A stretch of DNA of 64,000 bases. Source: Fidelibacterota bacterium. Its GTDB lineage: Bacteria > Fidelibacterota > Marinisomatia > Marinisomatales > JABMOV01. Positions 1 through 13,300 of this stretch are shown in pieces. Below the pieces are notes generated by a model. The model searched no databases. It saw nothing but the letters and a program-made list of their open reading frames with translations, and was not told the origin of the DNA. Each line of letters begins with the position of its first letter. Within the stretch, counting starts at the first letter, position 1. The DNA is taken from positions 39,846 to 103,845 of the forward strand of contig JBHHUC010000001.1 in the NCBI GenBank assembly GCA_046861395.1, given 5' to 3'. A program made the translations under genes and the position numbers.

Positions 1-230
1 ATCATTCTGCGGATTAATCCAGGTAAGGCCGGCAGAAGGGAAAACTTCCGGGCCGCTTCCTGAACACGGTTTTCGCCAATCGTTCGCAGACCGGCCCGAT
101 AAATATCTTCAATCGTCGCGGCGGAATGCGTCTTGGTCACGGCAATGATTTCCACAGGATTGGTGTGTCCGCTGCGTCGTTGAGCGGTGGCAATTGTGGC
201 CTGAATCCGGGCTAACCGTTCCGTAAGCAA
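1..230 (-). CDS. yggS: YggS-family PLP-binding protein, N-terminal part (gene continues past the left edge)
   Basis: Absent from the ORF track because it is truncated and has a TTG start at 230..228, 6 nt after the gyrA stop. Manual minus-strand translation gives (M)LTERLARIQATIATAQRRSGHTNPVEIIAVTKTHSAATIEDIYRAGLRTIGENRVQEAARKF... The AVTK (PLP lysine) and GENRVQE motifs are hallmarks of YggS/YlmE. Confidence 0.6.
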   Translation of the reverse strand, partial: MLTERLARIQATIATAQRRSGHTNPVEIIAVTKTHSAATIEDIYRAGLRTIGENRVQEAARKFSLLPALPGLIRRM

Positions 231-236
231 GCGCGG

Positions 237-2714
237 CTACTCCCCGTCAGCGGTGTCCTCTGTGTTTGCTGGAGGTTCTTCGCTATCATCGGAAGTCACG
301 CGGGAAATGGATGCGATGGATGATCCTTCATCCAGTTTTACCAGGCGCACACCTTGCGTTACACGACCGATGGTTCGGATTTCCTTCACCGATTGTCGCA
401 TGAGAACCCCCTGGTTGGTTATGATCATCAGATCGTCGGAATCCACCACTTCCATCATGGAAACCATTTTTCCGGTTTTTTCCGTCGTGCGCATGGTCAT
501 GATACCCTTTCCGCCCCGGCTTTGAATCCGGTATTGAATAACATCCGTTCTTTTACCGTAGCCTCTTTCCGTAGCCACCAGGATGGTTCCTTCCCGTTTC
601 ACCACCAGCATGCCGACAACCTCATCCGTTTTTGAACTCAGGGTAATCCCTTTGACGCCCAAGGTCTTACGCCCGCTGGGACGAATATTTTTTTCAGAAA
701 AACGAATTGATTTCCCTTCCCGGGTTCCCAGGAGAATGTCGTTGTCGCCATCCGTGATTCGGGCTTCAATCAATTTGTCTCCCTCCCTGATATCGATGGC
801 ATAGATGCCGCCTTTGCGTGGCTTGCCGTAGGCGCTCAACACAGTCTTTTTCACCAGACCGTTGCGGGTGGCCATGACAATATAACGATCATCCGTGAAT
901 TCCTTCACACTGACAAACGCTTCGGTACGTTCGCCGGGTTCACACCCGATTAAATTCACAATGGCGCGGCCTCGGGTCGCCCGGCCGCCCTGGGGAATAT
1001 CATAAACTTTCAACCAATAGCATTTACCGCGATCGGTGAAAAAGAGCATATAATTATGCGTATTGGCGATGAAGAGGTGTTCCACAAAATCTTCATCTTT
1101 TGACGCTGCACCCTGTATTCCCCGTCCACCGCGACGCTGACTGCGATAGGTTGTTACGGCTGTACGTTTGATATAACCCTTGTGGGTAATGGTAATGACC
1201 ATATCTTCCTGGGCGATGATATCTTCCACAGAGAAATGGGCACCGACGGGGATGATTTCGGTTCGGCGTTCATCACCATATTGGTCCCGCACTTCGATCA
1301 TTTCTTTTTTTATAATATCCATTCTCTGGGAGCGGCTTTCCAGAACACCTTTTAACTGGGCGATAGTCTTTATGAGGTCACGGTATTCTTCCACCACTTT
1401 GTCCACTTCTAGGCTTGTCAGGCGCTGTAAACGCATGTCCAAAATGGCCTGGGCCTGTTTCTCAGACAAATCAAAGGCGTTCATCAGTCCTTCTTTAGCA
1501 TGACTTGGGTCTTTGCTGCCGCGAATAATGGCGATTGCTTCATCGATATTGTCCAGGGCAATTTTCAATCCTTCTAGAATATGGGCCCGGCCCTCTGCCC
1601 GTTTCAGCTCAAACTTGGTCCTGCGGATTACCACTTCATGGCGAAAATCAACGAAGGACTGCATCATCTGTTTCAATGGCATGACGCGGGGAATGCCGTC
1701 CATTAGAGCCAAGAGAATGATACCAAAGGTATCCTGCAACTGTGTGTGCGCATACAGCTGATTCAAAATGACATCGGGAATGGCGTCACGCTTGAGCTCA
1801 ATAACGACACGGATTCCGTCCTTGTCTGACTCGTCCCTTAAATCCGTGATTCCTTCCAATTTTTTATCCCGCACCAGATCGGCGATTTTTTCAATCAGGT
1901 TAGCCTTGTTAACCTGGTATGGCAATTCATCAAGTATGATTGATTCTTTGCCCTGTTTGGTTGTTTCCACGTGGGCGCGGGCGCGAACAGTGATTTTTCC
2001 CCGCCCGGTGGCGTAGGCCTGTTTCAGGCCATCAATGCCAAAAATGAGGGCTCCGGTGGGAAAGTCCGGACCCTTGATGTTTGTCATGAGTCCGTCCACG
2101 TCAATGTCGGGATTATCAATCAGGGCTATCAGGCCATCTATCACTTCCGATAAATTGTGGGGCGGAATCTTGGTTGCCATTCCCACGGCAATTCCTTCTG
2201 ACCCGTTGACCAAAAGGGCGGGGATTACGGTGGGTAAAACCTGAGGTTCCTGCAGGGTGTCATCGAAGTTGGGAACCCATTCCACCGTGTCCTTATCCAG
2301 GTCGCGCAACATTTCACTTCCCAGGCGTGTCATCCTGGATTCGGTGTACCGCATGGCCGCGGCCCGGTCGCCGTCTACGGAACCAAAGTTCCCCTGACCA
2401 TCCACCAGCTCATAGCGCATGGAAAACGGTTGGGCCATGCGTACTAGGGCATCGTAAACAGATGAGTCTCCATGGGGATGGTATTTTCCCAGTACGTCAC
2501 CGACGATTCGCGCCGATTTCTTATAGGGTCGGCTCCACCCGGAACCCAGCTCGCTCATTCCGAAAAGTATTCTGCGGTGGACCGGTTTCAGTCCGTCGCG
2601 AACATCGGGCAGGGCACGAGCCACGATAACGGACATGGAATAGTTGAGATAGCTTTCGCGCAATTCCTCAACAATGTCTTTACTAATTGTATTTTCTCTG
2701 GCAATATCCATCAT
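237..2714 (-). CDS. gyrA: DNA gyrase subunit A
   Basis: 825-aa ORF with [29 protein letters not shown], the catalytic-Tyr region AAAMRYTE, C-terminal beta-pinwheel repeats and an acidic tail. It lies directly downstream of gyrB. Confidence 0.97.
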   Translation of the reverse strand: MMDIARENTISKDIVEELRESYLNYSMSVIVARALPDVRDGLKPVHRRILFGMSELGSGWSRPYKKSARIVGDVLGKYHPHGDSSVYDALVRMAQPFSMRYELVDGQGNFGSVDGDRAAAMRYTESRMTRLGSEMLRDLDKDTVEWVPNFDDTLQEPQVLPTVIPALLVNGSEGIAVGMATKIPPHNLSEVIDGLIALIDNPDIDVDGLMTNIKGPDFPTGALIFGIDGLKQAYATGRGKITVRARAHVETTKQGKESIILDELPYQVNKANLIEKIADLVRDKKLEGITDLRDESDKDGIRVVIELKRDAIPDVILNQLYAHTQLQDTFGIILLALMDGIPRVMPLKQMMQSFVDFRHEVVIRRTKFELKRAEGRAHILEGLKIALDNIDEAIAIIRGSKDPSHAKEGLMNAFDLSEKQAQAILDMRLQRLTSLEVDKVVEEYRDLIKTIAQLKGVLESRSQRMDIIKKEMIEVRDQYGDERRTEIIPVGAHFSVEDIIAQEDMVITITHKGYIKRTAVTTYRSQRRGGRGIQGAASKDEDFVEHLFIANTHNYMLFFTDRGKCYWLKVYDIPQGGRATRGRAIVNLIGCEPGERTEAFVSVKEFTDDRYIVMATRNGLVKKTVLSAYGKPRKGGIYAIDIREGDKLIEARITDGDNDILLGTREGKSIRFSEKNIRPSGRKTLGVKGITLSSKTDEVVGMLVVKREGTILVATERGYGKRTDVIQYRIQSRGGKGIMTMRTTEKTGKMVSMMEVVDSDDLMIITNQGVLMRQSVKEIRTIGRVTQGVRLVKLDEGSSIASISRVTSDDSEEPPANTEDTADGE

Positions 2715-2727
2715 ATTTTGTATTGGG

Positions 2728-4960
<2,233 letters not shown>

Positions 4961-4961
<1 letters not shown>

Positions 4962-6046
4962 CAGCGTTTGAAATAAAGCGCCATGTTGTCGGGGTTTTTC
5001 ATATCGATTCCATGGGACTCGACGTTGACAACGTTAGTTGTAGTAATAATAGTCTGAACTTTTTTCTCCAACATGGACATGACGATTTCACTGCGTTCAA
5101 AGTCCAGCTTTGCCAGGACATCGTCCAGTAAAATAATGGGTGTGGCTTGGCCTCCCAGCTGCAAAAACTTGAACTCCGCCAATTTTAACAGGATGAGAGC
5201 CAGTTTATGCTCGCCCTGAGAACCAAAGGTCCGCAGGTCATCGCCGTTGAAATAGAACGTGAAATTATCTCGTTGCGGTCCCCGGTTTGTCCGCCCCAAG
5301 GCAATGTCGCGCTGAAGACTCTCCTTGATATCCTTGCGAAAGGCCTCCCTGTCTGCCGGCTGCGCGGTTTGATGTTGGCCTGACAAGGTCACTGTTGCAT
5401 CATTCAATTTCTCCATCACTTCGACCAGAACTGTTTCAAATCGCTGCCAGCGGACCGCCCGCTGTTCCCATAGGTTCCAGGCAATATCAATGTAGGGCTC
5501 ATTCCAGGGTTCCAGCGTCTGGCGCGAGGTCTGATGGTCCCGGATAGCCATGAGAGCCGCATCGCGCTGCTTGCGAATCCGTAGAAATTCGGTTAGGGTA
5601 TTCATATATTCGCTGGATGCGACACTAAACAGTTTGTCGAAAAATTTTCGCCGCTCACCAGGCGATCCTTTGGTAACAAGCTGTTCTTCCGGTGAAAGGA
5701 GAACAACGGGATTCAGACCGATGAGTTTTTTCCGGCCGGAAATTGTTTCTCCGTTCACATTCGTTTTGCTACGACCATCGGCCATTTGTGTCGTGGTAAT
5801 GGTGGTCTCCTGCTGACCCGATGTAAATCGTCCGGTTACACGATAATAGTCCCTGCCTCGGGTAATCAAGTTTTGGCGGCGGGGCGTCTTGAAACTACGG
5901 CCTAACGACAGAGAATATATCGCTTCCAGGATAGACGTTTTTCCGGATCCGTTTTCTCCCCAAATCACATTTAATCCTGGTTTGAATTCAACCGTGGTAT
6001 GCTGATGGTTTCGAAAAGAAATCAACTCAACCTCCTGGATAGACAT
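4961..6046 (-). CDS. recF: DNA replication/repair protein RecF
   Basis: 361 aa with Walker A GENGSGKTSILEA and Walker B-like ILLDDVLAKLD. It sits in dnaN-recF-gyrB synteny. Confidence 0.93.
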
Positions 6047-6087
6047 GGCGCGGAATCGCTGATGTGTTTCCGGATAGCAGGGGCACG

Positions 6088-7203
6088 TTAGTCGTTCAGC
6101 CGAATGGGCATCAGAAGCATGGTTATATCCCGGCCCTCCGGTTGCGTGGCGGGATAAAACAAGGCGGCGCTGATGGGCGTATTCAGTTTCACGATAACGT
6201 CTGATTCATCCAGATGCGACAGAATGTCTTTCAAATACGATGCGTTATAACCGATGGTCAACGGTTCACCTTGGAAATCACAGGACAGTTTTTCTTCTGC
6301 TTTGGTAGCTTTTTCCGGGTCCTCTGTTGACAGATAAGTTTCATCTGTATCCAGTCGCAGGGCAATCTGATTGGTGGCTTTGTTGGCAAAAATGGAGACG
6401 CGCCGGACAGCGCCCAGAATCTCATTGCGGCTGACAGTCAATATTTTATTATTATCCGTGGGCAATACACCTTCATAATTTGGGAAAAGTTCATCAATAA
6501 TCCTGGTATAAAACCGATCCTCTCCTATCAGCGCTGTGAGATGATTATCGCCGATCCAGAGATGGACTTCTTCGTTGGTGTCGGCCACAGATTGAATCAA
6601 GTTAATGAATTTCCGCGGAACAATAAGATCGCCTTCGAAATTCCCGCCCTTGAAATCGTTCACGATATAGCGTACCAGCCGGTGACCGTCTGTGGCAACA
6701 GCCGTCAGGGCTTCGGGGCTGAATTTCATGTAAACACCGGTCAGGGCCGGTTTCAGGTCGTCATGACTCACGGCAAAACTGGTTTTTTCAAAAATAGCCT
6801 TCAGGGTTGATGCTTCCATATCAACCGTTCGGGAATTGTCCACTTCAGGGATGGCGGGAAATTCTTCCGCCGGTTTCCCCATCAGGTCATAGATTCCCGT
6901 ATCTGTAATCAATTCCACCTTATTTCTTTCATTGACAGAGATTGTAATTCGACTGTCCTGAAGCTCATTCGTGATTTCCAGCAAGGTGCTCAGGGGAATC
7001 GCCGCCGAGCCCGGTTCTTCTATACTGGCAGGCAATCGTACAACCATGCTTATTTCAAGATCGGTGGACCGGAGAACCGTTTCATTATCCCGGACCGTAA
7101 ATAGCGCACAGCTGAGAATTGGTAAGGTGGACCGGGTGGGGGTTGCTTTGGCTAATTTTTGCAAGGCCGTCCGGAGTTCATTTTTGGATGTAGAAAGCTT
7201 CAT
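6088..7203 (-). CDS. dnaN: DNA polymerase III beta sliding clamp
   Basis: 371 aa with the typical three-domain clamp length and the C-terminal MLLMPIRL motif. It lies upstream of recF. Confidence 0.93.
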   Translation of the reverse strand: MKLSTSKNELRTALQKLAKATPTRSTLPILSCALFTVRDNETVLRSTDLEISMVVRLPASIEEPGSAAIPLSTLLEITNELQDSRITISVNERNKVELITDTGIYDLMGKPAEEFPAIPEVDNSRTVDMEASTLKAIFEKTSFAVSHDDLKPALTGVYMKFSPEALTAVATDGHRLVRYIVNDFKGGNFEGDLIVPRKFINLIQSVADTNEEVHLWIGDNHLTALIGEDRFYTRIIDELFPNYEGVLPTDNNKILTVSRNEILGAVRRVSIFANKATNQIALRLDTDETYLSTEDPEKATKAEEKLSCDFQGEPLTIGYNASYLKDILSHLDESDVIVKLNTPISAALFYPATQPEGRDITMLLMPIRLND

Positions 7204-7413
7204 AAATCCCTTGTGTTTTTATGAATATTATTCGAGAGAAAACAACTAACGAGCTTACCCAAACCACAGACCCGACACAAGAAATTTTCATCCTAAACGG
7301 CTCTATTTCGCCATAACTTGAAAATACGGCTAAGGGTGTTGAATTTTCCTGATTTTAGCTGTATTCTCGCCATTACGGGCACAAGATGTGACACTGGTGG
7401 CGGACCCGGGATA

Positions 7414-7887
7414 TTATTCGTCGATGTCTTGTTTTTTTATTTTTTTCCGTAATGCCTTTTTGCGACTCAGCTTCTTTTTTTCGTCCACGCGGGCTTGGCG
7501 GGCGGACCAGCTTGGTTTAGTTGGAATGCGTCGCGGTGCTCGGTAATTGGCTTGCCGGATTATTTTTTTCAAAATTTCCAGAGCCGTGTCCCGGTTTTTC
7601 TTTTGACTCTTATATTCCTGAGCTTTGATTATCAGAGTACCGTCTTTGCTAATACGGCGGTCAGCACGGTTGAGCAGACGCATTTTTAACTCTTCCGGCA
7701 AACTGGAAGAAGGAACATGAAACCGTAATTGCACGGCGGTAGCCACTTTGTTGACATGCTGTCCGCCAGCTCCCTGGGAACGAATAGCCGTAATCGTGAC
7801 TTCGCTCATTGGCAAAACGATTGAATCTGAAATTTGTATATAATTGGACTGTTTCACGGTTGGTATTCTGAGCTGGACATCGGACAA
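7414..7887 (-). CDS. arfB: Alternative ribosome-rescue factor ArfB (GGQ-type peptidyl-tRNA hydrolase)
   Basis: GGQ motif in SQGAGGQHVNK and a lysine/arginine-rich C-terminal tail. The start is uncertain: the annotated start is TTG, and an in-frame GVG/GTG start about 11 codons later would fit the usual ~140-aa length better. Confidence 0.8.
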   Translation of the reverse strand: MSDVQLRIPTVKQSNYIQISDSIVLPMSEVTITAIRSQGAGGQHVNKVATAVQLRFHVPSSSLPEELKMRLLNRADRRISKDGTLIIKAQEYKSQKKNRDTALEILKKIIRQANYRAPRRIPTKPSWSARQARVDEKKKLSRKKALRKKIKKQDIDE

Positions 7888-7895
7888 ACGACAGG

Positions 7896-8236
7896 GTAAA
7901 ATAAAAATAAAATAAATAGATTAATAAGAATATAATATTAATAAGGTCTGTGGGTTTGTGGAGAAATGTCGAGGGACAGTCCGGATATCCGGAGTTGTTT
8001 TCCCCTACGTAACCAGCATTGATTTAAAGAATTGCTTTATGTGGAAAAGGGGTGTGGAGATGTGGAGAAAAACCCTGTTTTCAACGGCATGTATTTTTTA
8101 CCTGTTTTTGAGAGGAGGGAAAAGGAGGTGTGGATAATATTTTTCACCAAACTGTGAATAATCCTATATCATGAAACACAACCCCGTTATAATTAATAAT
8201 GTTCCCGCTATGTATGGGGAGAAAAATTGTGGAAAG
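7896..8236. other. Candidate oriC or DnaA-binding locus: AT-rich tract plus eight same-orientation DnaA-box-like 9-mers
   Basis: An AT-rich run lies at about 7898-7944 (aaaataaaaataaaataaatagattaataagaatataatattaataa). The 9-mers, read on the + strand as the complement of TTATCCACA, are TGTGGGTTT 7949, TGTGGAGAA 7957, TGTGGAAAA 8040, TGTGGAGAT 8053, TGTGGAGAA 8061, TGTGGATAA 8129 (perfect), TGTGAATAA 8153 and TGTGGAAAG 8228. The 357-nt interval is non-coding. Confidence 0.5.
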
Positions 8237-8244
8237 CTTGTGTA

Positions 8245-9522
8245 TTATTCCATAATGCGGATATAAAAGCGGTCACGAACCTTATCCATCCAGTCCTGGT
8301 AGATTTTCATCTTTTTCTGGTTAAGGGCCATCATTTCAATTTCCGACCAGTGGGTTTCCAGCGTTGGTTTTCCGCCGGGCTTGATGTCTTCTAGCCAGAG
8401 TAGGTGATATCCAAAGGACGTTTTCACGGGAGGGCTAACGGTTCGCATTTCCAAGTAGGGAACGACCTGAGTAAATTCTGGAATCCCGAATTCATTGGGA
8501 TTGACCCAACCCAGATCACCGCCCAGGTCCCGAGTTTTTTCATCCGTGGAATAGGTTTTGGCTAGTCGCTTAAAATCTTCCAGGGTGGAAATGGAATCCC
8601 GGAGCGATAGGGCATATTCATAGGCCCGAGAGTCGTCCTCGTCCGTGATTTCGGGCGTAAAAAGAATATGCCGCATACGAATCTTATCCCCTTGTTTTTC
8701 CAGAGGTTGAATAAGATGATATCCGAAGGGCGTGGATACCGGATCGCTAATGGAATCGAGGGGCAGAGTGAAGGCAACCGTTTCAAAGGACGGGACCAGG
8801 GAGCCGCGCCGGACAAATCCAAGATCACCACCGCGAGAAGCCGTTCCAGGATCCTGAGAATATTGCGAGGCGGCATCGGCAAAGTCAATGGAACCGGACC
8901 GAATGTCATTTTTAAGTTGTTTCAGAAAAGAGATGGTGGCGGCTTTACTTTCCTCGTTGGGCTCAATCGGCAAGAGAATATGGCGGAGTTTTATCATGGT
9001 GGGGACAAGGGGAAGGCTGTCCTGGTAAGTATTATAAAATTCGATGACATCCTGGCGACCGGTTTTTACATCACCGATGATGGTTTGCTGATACCGTTCG
9101 GAAATGAGCATGTCGCGGATATCCTGCCAGTTTTCCCGCCGGTAATCCTTTATAGATTGCCCTAATGCTTCTTCCAGACGCTCTTCGCTTCCGGCCTGGG
9201 ACAACATATTTTCTACCTGTTGTTCCATGGCGGCATCCACCTCAGAATCCTTGACTTCGATCGAGTCCAGCTTGGCCAGCTCCAGCAGAATTTTTCGATC
9301 CACTAACGACTGGAGAACCTCCTCTTCAAGCTGACGAAAGCGATCCGGCTGCTGACTGGGATAAACCCCCTGTTGCAAAGCTGTCATGGTTGCGATTTGA
9401 GCCACGTCGCTTTTCAGGATCAGGTGGTCTCCGACGACAGCGGCCACGCCATCCAGGTATGTTGGAGAATTCTGGGCAAAAAGGGTAAAAAGCAATCCAA
9501 GGGAAAGTAAGAAATGTTTCAT
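8245..9522 (-). CDS. SurA-like periplasmic chaperone with two parvulin PPIase domains
   Basis: 425 aa with a signal peptide (MKHFLLSLGLLFTLFAQ) and a SurA-type N-terminal domain (DGVAAVVGDHLILKSDV). Two parvulin cores are present: GGDLGFV...FGYHLIQ and GGDLGWV...FGYHLLW. Confidence 0.8.
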   Translation of the reverse strand: MKHFLLSLGLLFTLFAQNSPTYLDGVAAVVGDHLILKSDVAQIATMTALQQGVYPSQQPDRFRQLEEEVLQSLVDRKILLELAKLDSIEVKDSEVDAAMEQQVENMLSQAGSEERLEEALGQSIKDYRRENWQDIRDMLISERYQQTIIGDVKTGRQDVIEFYNTYQDSLPLVPTMIKLRHILLPIEPNEESKAATISFLKQLKNDIRSGSIDFADAASQYSQDPGTASRGGDLGFVRRGSLVPSFETVAFTLPLDSISDPVSTPFGYHLIQPLEKQGDKIRMRHILFTPEITDEDDSRAYEYALSLRDSISTLEDFKRLAKTYSTDEKTRDLGGDLGWVNPNEFGIPEFTQVVPYLEMRTVSPPVKTSFGYHLLWLEDIKPGGKPTLETHWSEIEMMALNQKKMKIYQDWMDKVRDRFYIRIME

Positions 9523-10316
9523 TGAGTAATGTTCTCCAAATAGGTTTCAATATTGTTGCGGGCCATAAGACTGTCAAGAATTTTGCGGGAAGTGAGTAAA
9601 ATACGTTTCTGTATCAATTGCTGTTGGATTTCGTCATAAGCTTCATCAAGGCTAATAATTGAACCGGCAGGATATTGTTTCAATATTTCTATGACATGAT
9701 AACGATCGTCAATTTGAATCGGTCCCAGAACCTGCCGGTTTCGGGCTTGAAAAATCAAGTCATCAAGGGCCGGTAACAGGAACCCCTTTTTCACAATCGC
9801 GGCAGACACATCATAATCCACGAACAGAGCCTTCAGTTCGCCCCCGGAGCGTTTTTGTTTTAATATCCGGGCGATGTTCCTTGCTTCATTGAGTGACGGT
9901 ACGGCAAAATGATAAACTTTTGCTTCGTCCACCAACCGGCGAAAGGAGGATTTATTTTCTTCATAATAGGCCTTGATTTCAGCCCCGCTCAGGGGGTTGC
10001 TGACAGTTACCAGTTCTTCCATAACCGAATCCCCGAGCAGTTTGCGCCGGTATTCATCCACCATTGATTGCAGCGTCCGGTCCTTATCGTAAGCATGTTC
10101 CAGGGCGGTCTGATACAGAACTTCATCCATAATCCAACGGGAAACAATATGATTCGGCGTAAGATTGGGGTCGGAATAATTTTTCTGTAACAGCTGAAAG
10201 TCTTCGACCGTAAGGACGTGGTCGTTCACCCGGGCGATAATAACCGGCTGCTCGGAAGCGGGCTTGGTGCACGCCACCAGAAGCAGGGTGCAGGTCCATA
10301 AAACGATGAATCTCAT
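9519..10316 (-). CDS. SurA-N/parvulin-like lipoprotein (PPIase-like, possibly degenerate)
   Basis: 265 aa with a lipobox LLLVAC. It has a SurA-N-like start (IIARVNDHVLTVEDF) and a weak parvulin-like C-terminus (LGPIQIDDRYHVIEIL). It overlaps the downstream SurA-like gene by 4 nt. Confidence 0.5.
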   Translation of the reverse strand: MRFIVLWTCTLLLVACTKPASEQPVIIARVNDHVLTVEDFQLLQKNYSDPNLTPNHIVSRWIMDEVLYQTALEHAYDKDRTLQSMVDEYRRKLLGDSVMEELVTVSNPLSGAEIKAYYEENKSSFRRLVDEAKVYHFAVPSLNEARNIARILKQKRSGGELKALFVDYDVSAAIVKKGFLLPALDDLIFQARNRQVLGPIQIDDRYHVIEILKQYPAGSIISLDEAYDEIQQQLIQKRILLTSRKILDSLMARNNIETYLENITQ

Positions 10317-10324
10317 AAAATAAA

Positions 10325-13300
10325 TTACGGCGAGTGAAGCCCGAACAGGTCCTTAAAAGTTTCCACTACGGCCATGACCGCTTCCGGGTTCCCTGCCCGA
10401 ACGCTCACCAGAATATCGTCTGTTTTGGTTCGGGGAGAAAGCGAAAAGGGATTACCAAGAGACCGCAGCCTCCGGCTCAACGCATCAATCATTTCCAAGG
10501 GAGAAGAAAAGGGGGCAAACCCGGACAATATAACGGTTACCTCCGTTTTAGTCAGCCTCAGGCTGTGTATCGGCGTTCCGCGGCAGCCGGCCCGGAGGAG
10601 CGCTACGGCAACCAGCCGCTGTGCCGACGGGGGAAGCGGTCCAAACCGGTCCCGGATTTCAGCCTGAATTTCCCGTATATCCGCTTCCCGCACTGCTTCG
10701 GACAGGCGTTTGTAGAAAAAGATACGATCTTCAACCTGCGGCATATATTCGGAATCCAGCAAGGCCGGCTCGGAGATGACGACGGAAACAGGAGGCGGAG
10801 CCGAATCCGTTTTCCCCAAGGTTTCATCAACCGCCTCTTTCAATATCTGACAGTAAAGATCAAATCCCACGGCCGCGATATTCCCGCTCTGTTTATATCC
10901 GAACAGATTTCCGGCCCCTCGGATTTCCAGGTCCTTGAGGGCGATATCCAAACCGGAACCAAGTGAAGTATACTGTTCAATGGCCTTCAGCCGTTTGAAA
11001 GCGTCATTTGTGAGAGAAACATTCATTGGCAGAAGAAGGTAGCAAAAGGCTTGTCTGTAGCTCCGTCCCACGCGCCCCCGAATTTGATAGAGTTGCGCTA
11101 GGCCGAACCTGTGTGCCTGGTCGATGATAATGGTATTGGCATTTGAAACATCCAGGCCCGACTCAATGATGGTTGTACACAGGAGAATATCAATTTCACC
11201 ACGGAAAAACGCCAAAACAATTTTTTCCAGATCACGGCTCCTCATCTGACCATAAGCAATGGCCACACGGGCTGAGGGAATTCTTGATGTTACCTCTTTA
11301 TAAACAAATGGTAATGTATCAACGGAATTGTGCAAAAAATAACTTTGGCCGCCGCGATCGAGTTCGGCTTTTAATACCCGTGCAACGACATCCCAATCAT
11401 GATATTTGATGAAAGTATGAATGGGTTTTCGTGAAAGGGGTGGCGTCTGAATTTTGCTGATATCCCGAATACCGACGAGAGACTGTTGGAGCGTCCGTGG
11501 AATGGGCGTAGCAGTCAACGTCAGTACGTCAACCGTTGTCTTGAGCCGTTTTAGCGTTTCCTTATGTTTCACGCCGAAACGATGTTCTTCGTCAACAATC
11601 AACAACCCCAAATCGGGGAAGGTCACATCCTGTGACAAAAGCCGATGGGTGCCGATCACCACATCCACCTCTCCCCGCAGCATACTTTCCAGAACGGCAA
11701 GCTGCTCGTTATTTTTGCGGAACCGGGAAAGAAGGTCAACGGACACACCTACGGGCTTCAAGCGCGACGTAAATGAAATGAAATGTTGATCGGCGAGAAT
11801 GGTGGTGGGAGTAAGCAGTAGGACCTTTTTACCACTGGCCACCGCCTTGATGGTTGCCCTGATGGCCACCTCTGTCTTACCAAACCCCACATCGCCGCAG
11901 ATAAGTCGGTCCATCGGCCTGTCCCGTTCCATGTCCCGGACAACATCCTGAATGGCTTGAGCCTGATCCGGCGTTTCTTCAAAGGAAAAGGATTGAGCCA
12001 CCGCCTCATATAACTCGTCGTTAGGTTGATAGCAGAATCCGCGGGAACGATTCCGATTGGCGTACATGGTCAGTAAATCCTGAACCACAACCTGGGTGGA
12101 TTTTTTCACGCGTAGCTTCAGGTTATGCCAGGATTTTGTTCCCAGCCGCGTTAAGGCCGGAGGGCGACCACCACCATGGATAAACTTATGAATTTTATCA
12201 AACTTATCAATAGGAACATAAATATTGGAACCGTCGGCGTATTCAATGGTGATACATTCGGACGTCATATCGTTTTGCTGTAGCGTTTTCAGTCCTCGAT
12301 ATCGGCCAATACCATAATCGCGATGAACCAATAAATCACCCCACTCAATATCATCGATTGCCGAAATGGATTCGTAGGGCGAATAGGCGATTTCGTCTGC
12401 CGCCCAGCGATAGCGATCCGGGGCCGTCCGCTGAAAAAAAACAGGCAGCGAGAGACAAAGGAAATTTTGTTCAAGAATTTCAAAATGATCAGCCAGGCTG
12501 CCGTGAACCAACACAGGCGACCGAAAGGGCAGCTTTTCAAGACGAACCGCTGACTGCGAATTGTCGGAAAAAGCGAAAACGTCAGAGTGGTGTGCGTCAG
12601 AATTAAGGTCCGGCCGTTGAGCCCGAATAACCGTTTTATTGTCATCGTCACCCCTTTGTAACAGACAAACATCCTGCTTTATGGTCCTCAGGTGCCACTC
12701 ATCGGATTGCTGCAATAATTGCTGAAGGGTATAATTTTCCCGCTCCGTTGTTTCGTCCCACGACGGTGGAAGAATATCAAGATATTCCAAATCATGCACC
12801 CGCCGTTGCGAGAGGGGATTGAAGGTTCTCAGCGACTCCAGGCGATTGCCAAAAAACTCCAGCCTTACAGGAAGCGCGGCATAAAGCAGAAAAACATCAA
12901 GGATTCCACCGCGGGATGCAAATGTTTTCGGATAGGTTACTTTATCGCAAGGTTCAAAACCCCAGGCAACCAATGTGCGAACGATGTGTTCTTTTGATAT
13001 ATCGGCATCTACGGTTAAATGAAACCCTTCCTGACGACTGTTTACCGGGTTTTTGACGGGAGTCTGTAGCCCGCCTTCAGTGGTAATGATCAACCCGCTG
13101 TTTTTCTGTACAAGAGCATTGTAGGCCTCGGACTGAAAACGTTCATATTCCAGATTAAACCCTTCGACATCCTGCCGTTCCATAGGTTGCTCCGGAAAGA
13201 AGAAAACAGAGTCGGGACGGAGATTGAAACAGAATCGATACAGCTCTTCCGCTTGTCGGCCGGAGAGACAAACACAGTGGACCCGGTCGATCTCCCGCGG

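Noticed and set aside
7258-7275. ACCCAAACCACAGACCCG upstream of dnaN, an inverted near-copy of GGTCTGTGGGTTTG at 7945-7958, flanking arfB
   Set aside because: It is a ~13-nt imperfect match with one indel and three mismatches to the DnaA-box consensus. That is too short to call an inverted-repeat element or a functional box, and arfB shows no other mobile-element hallmarks.
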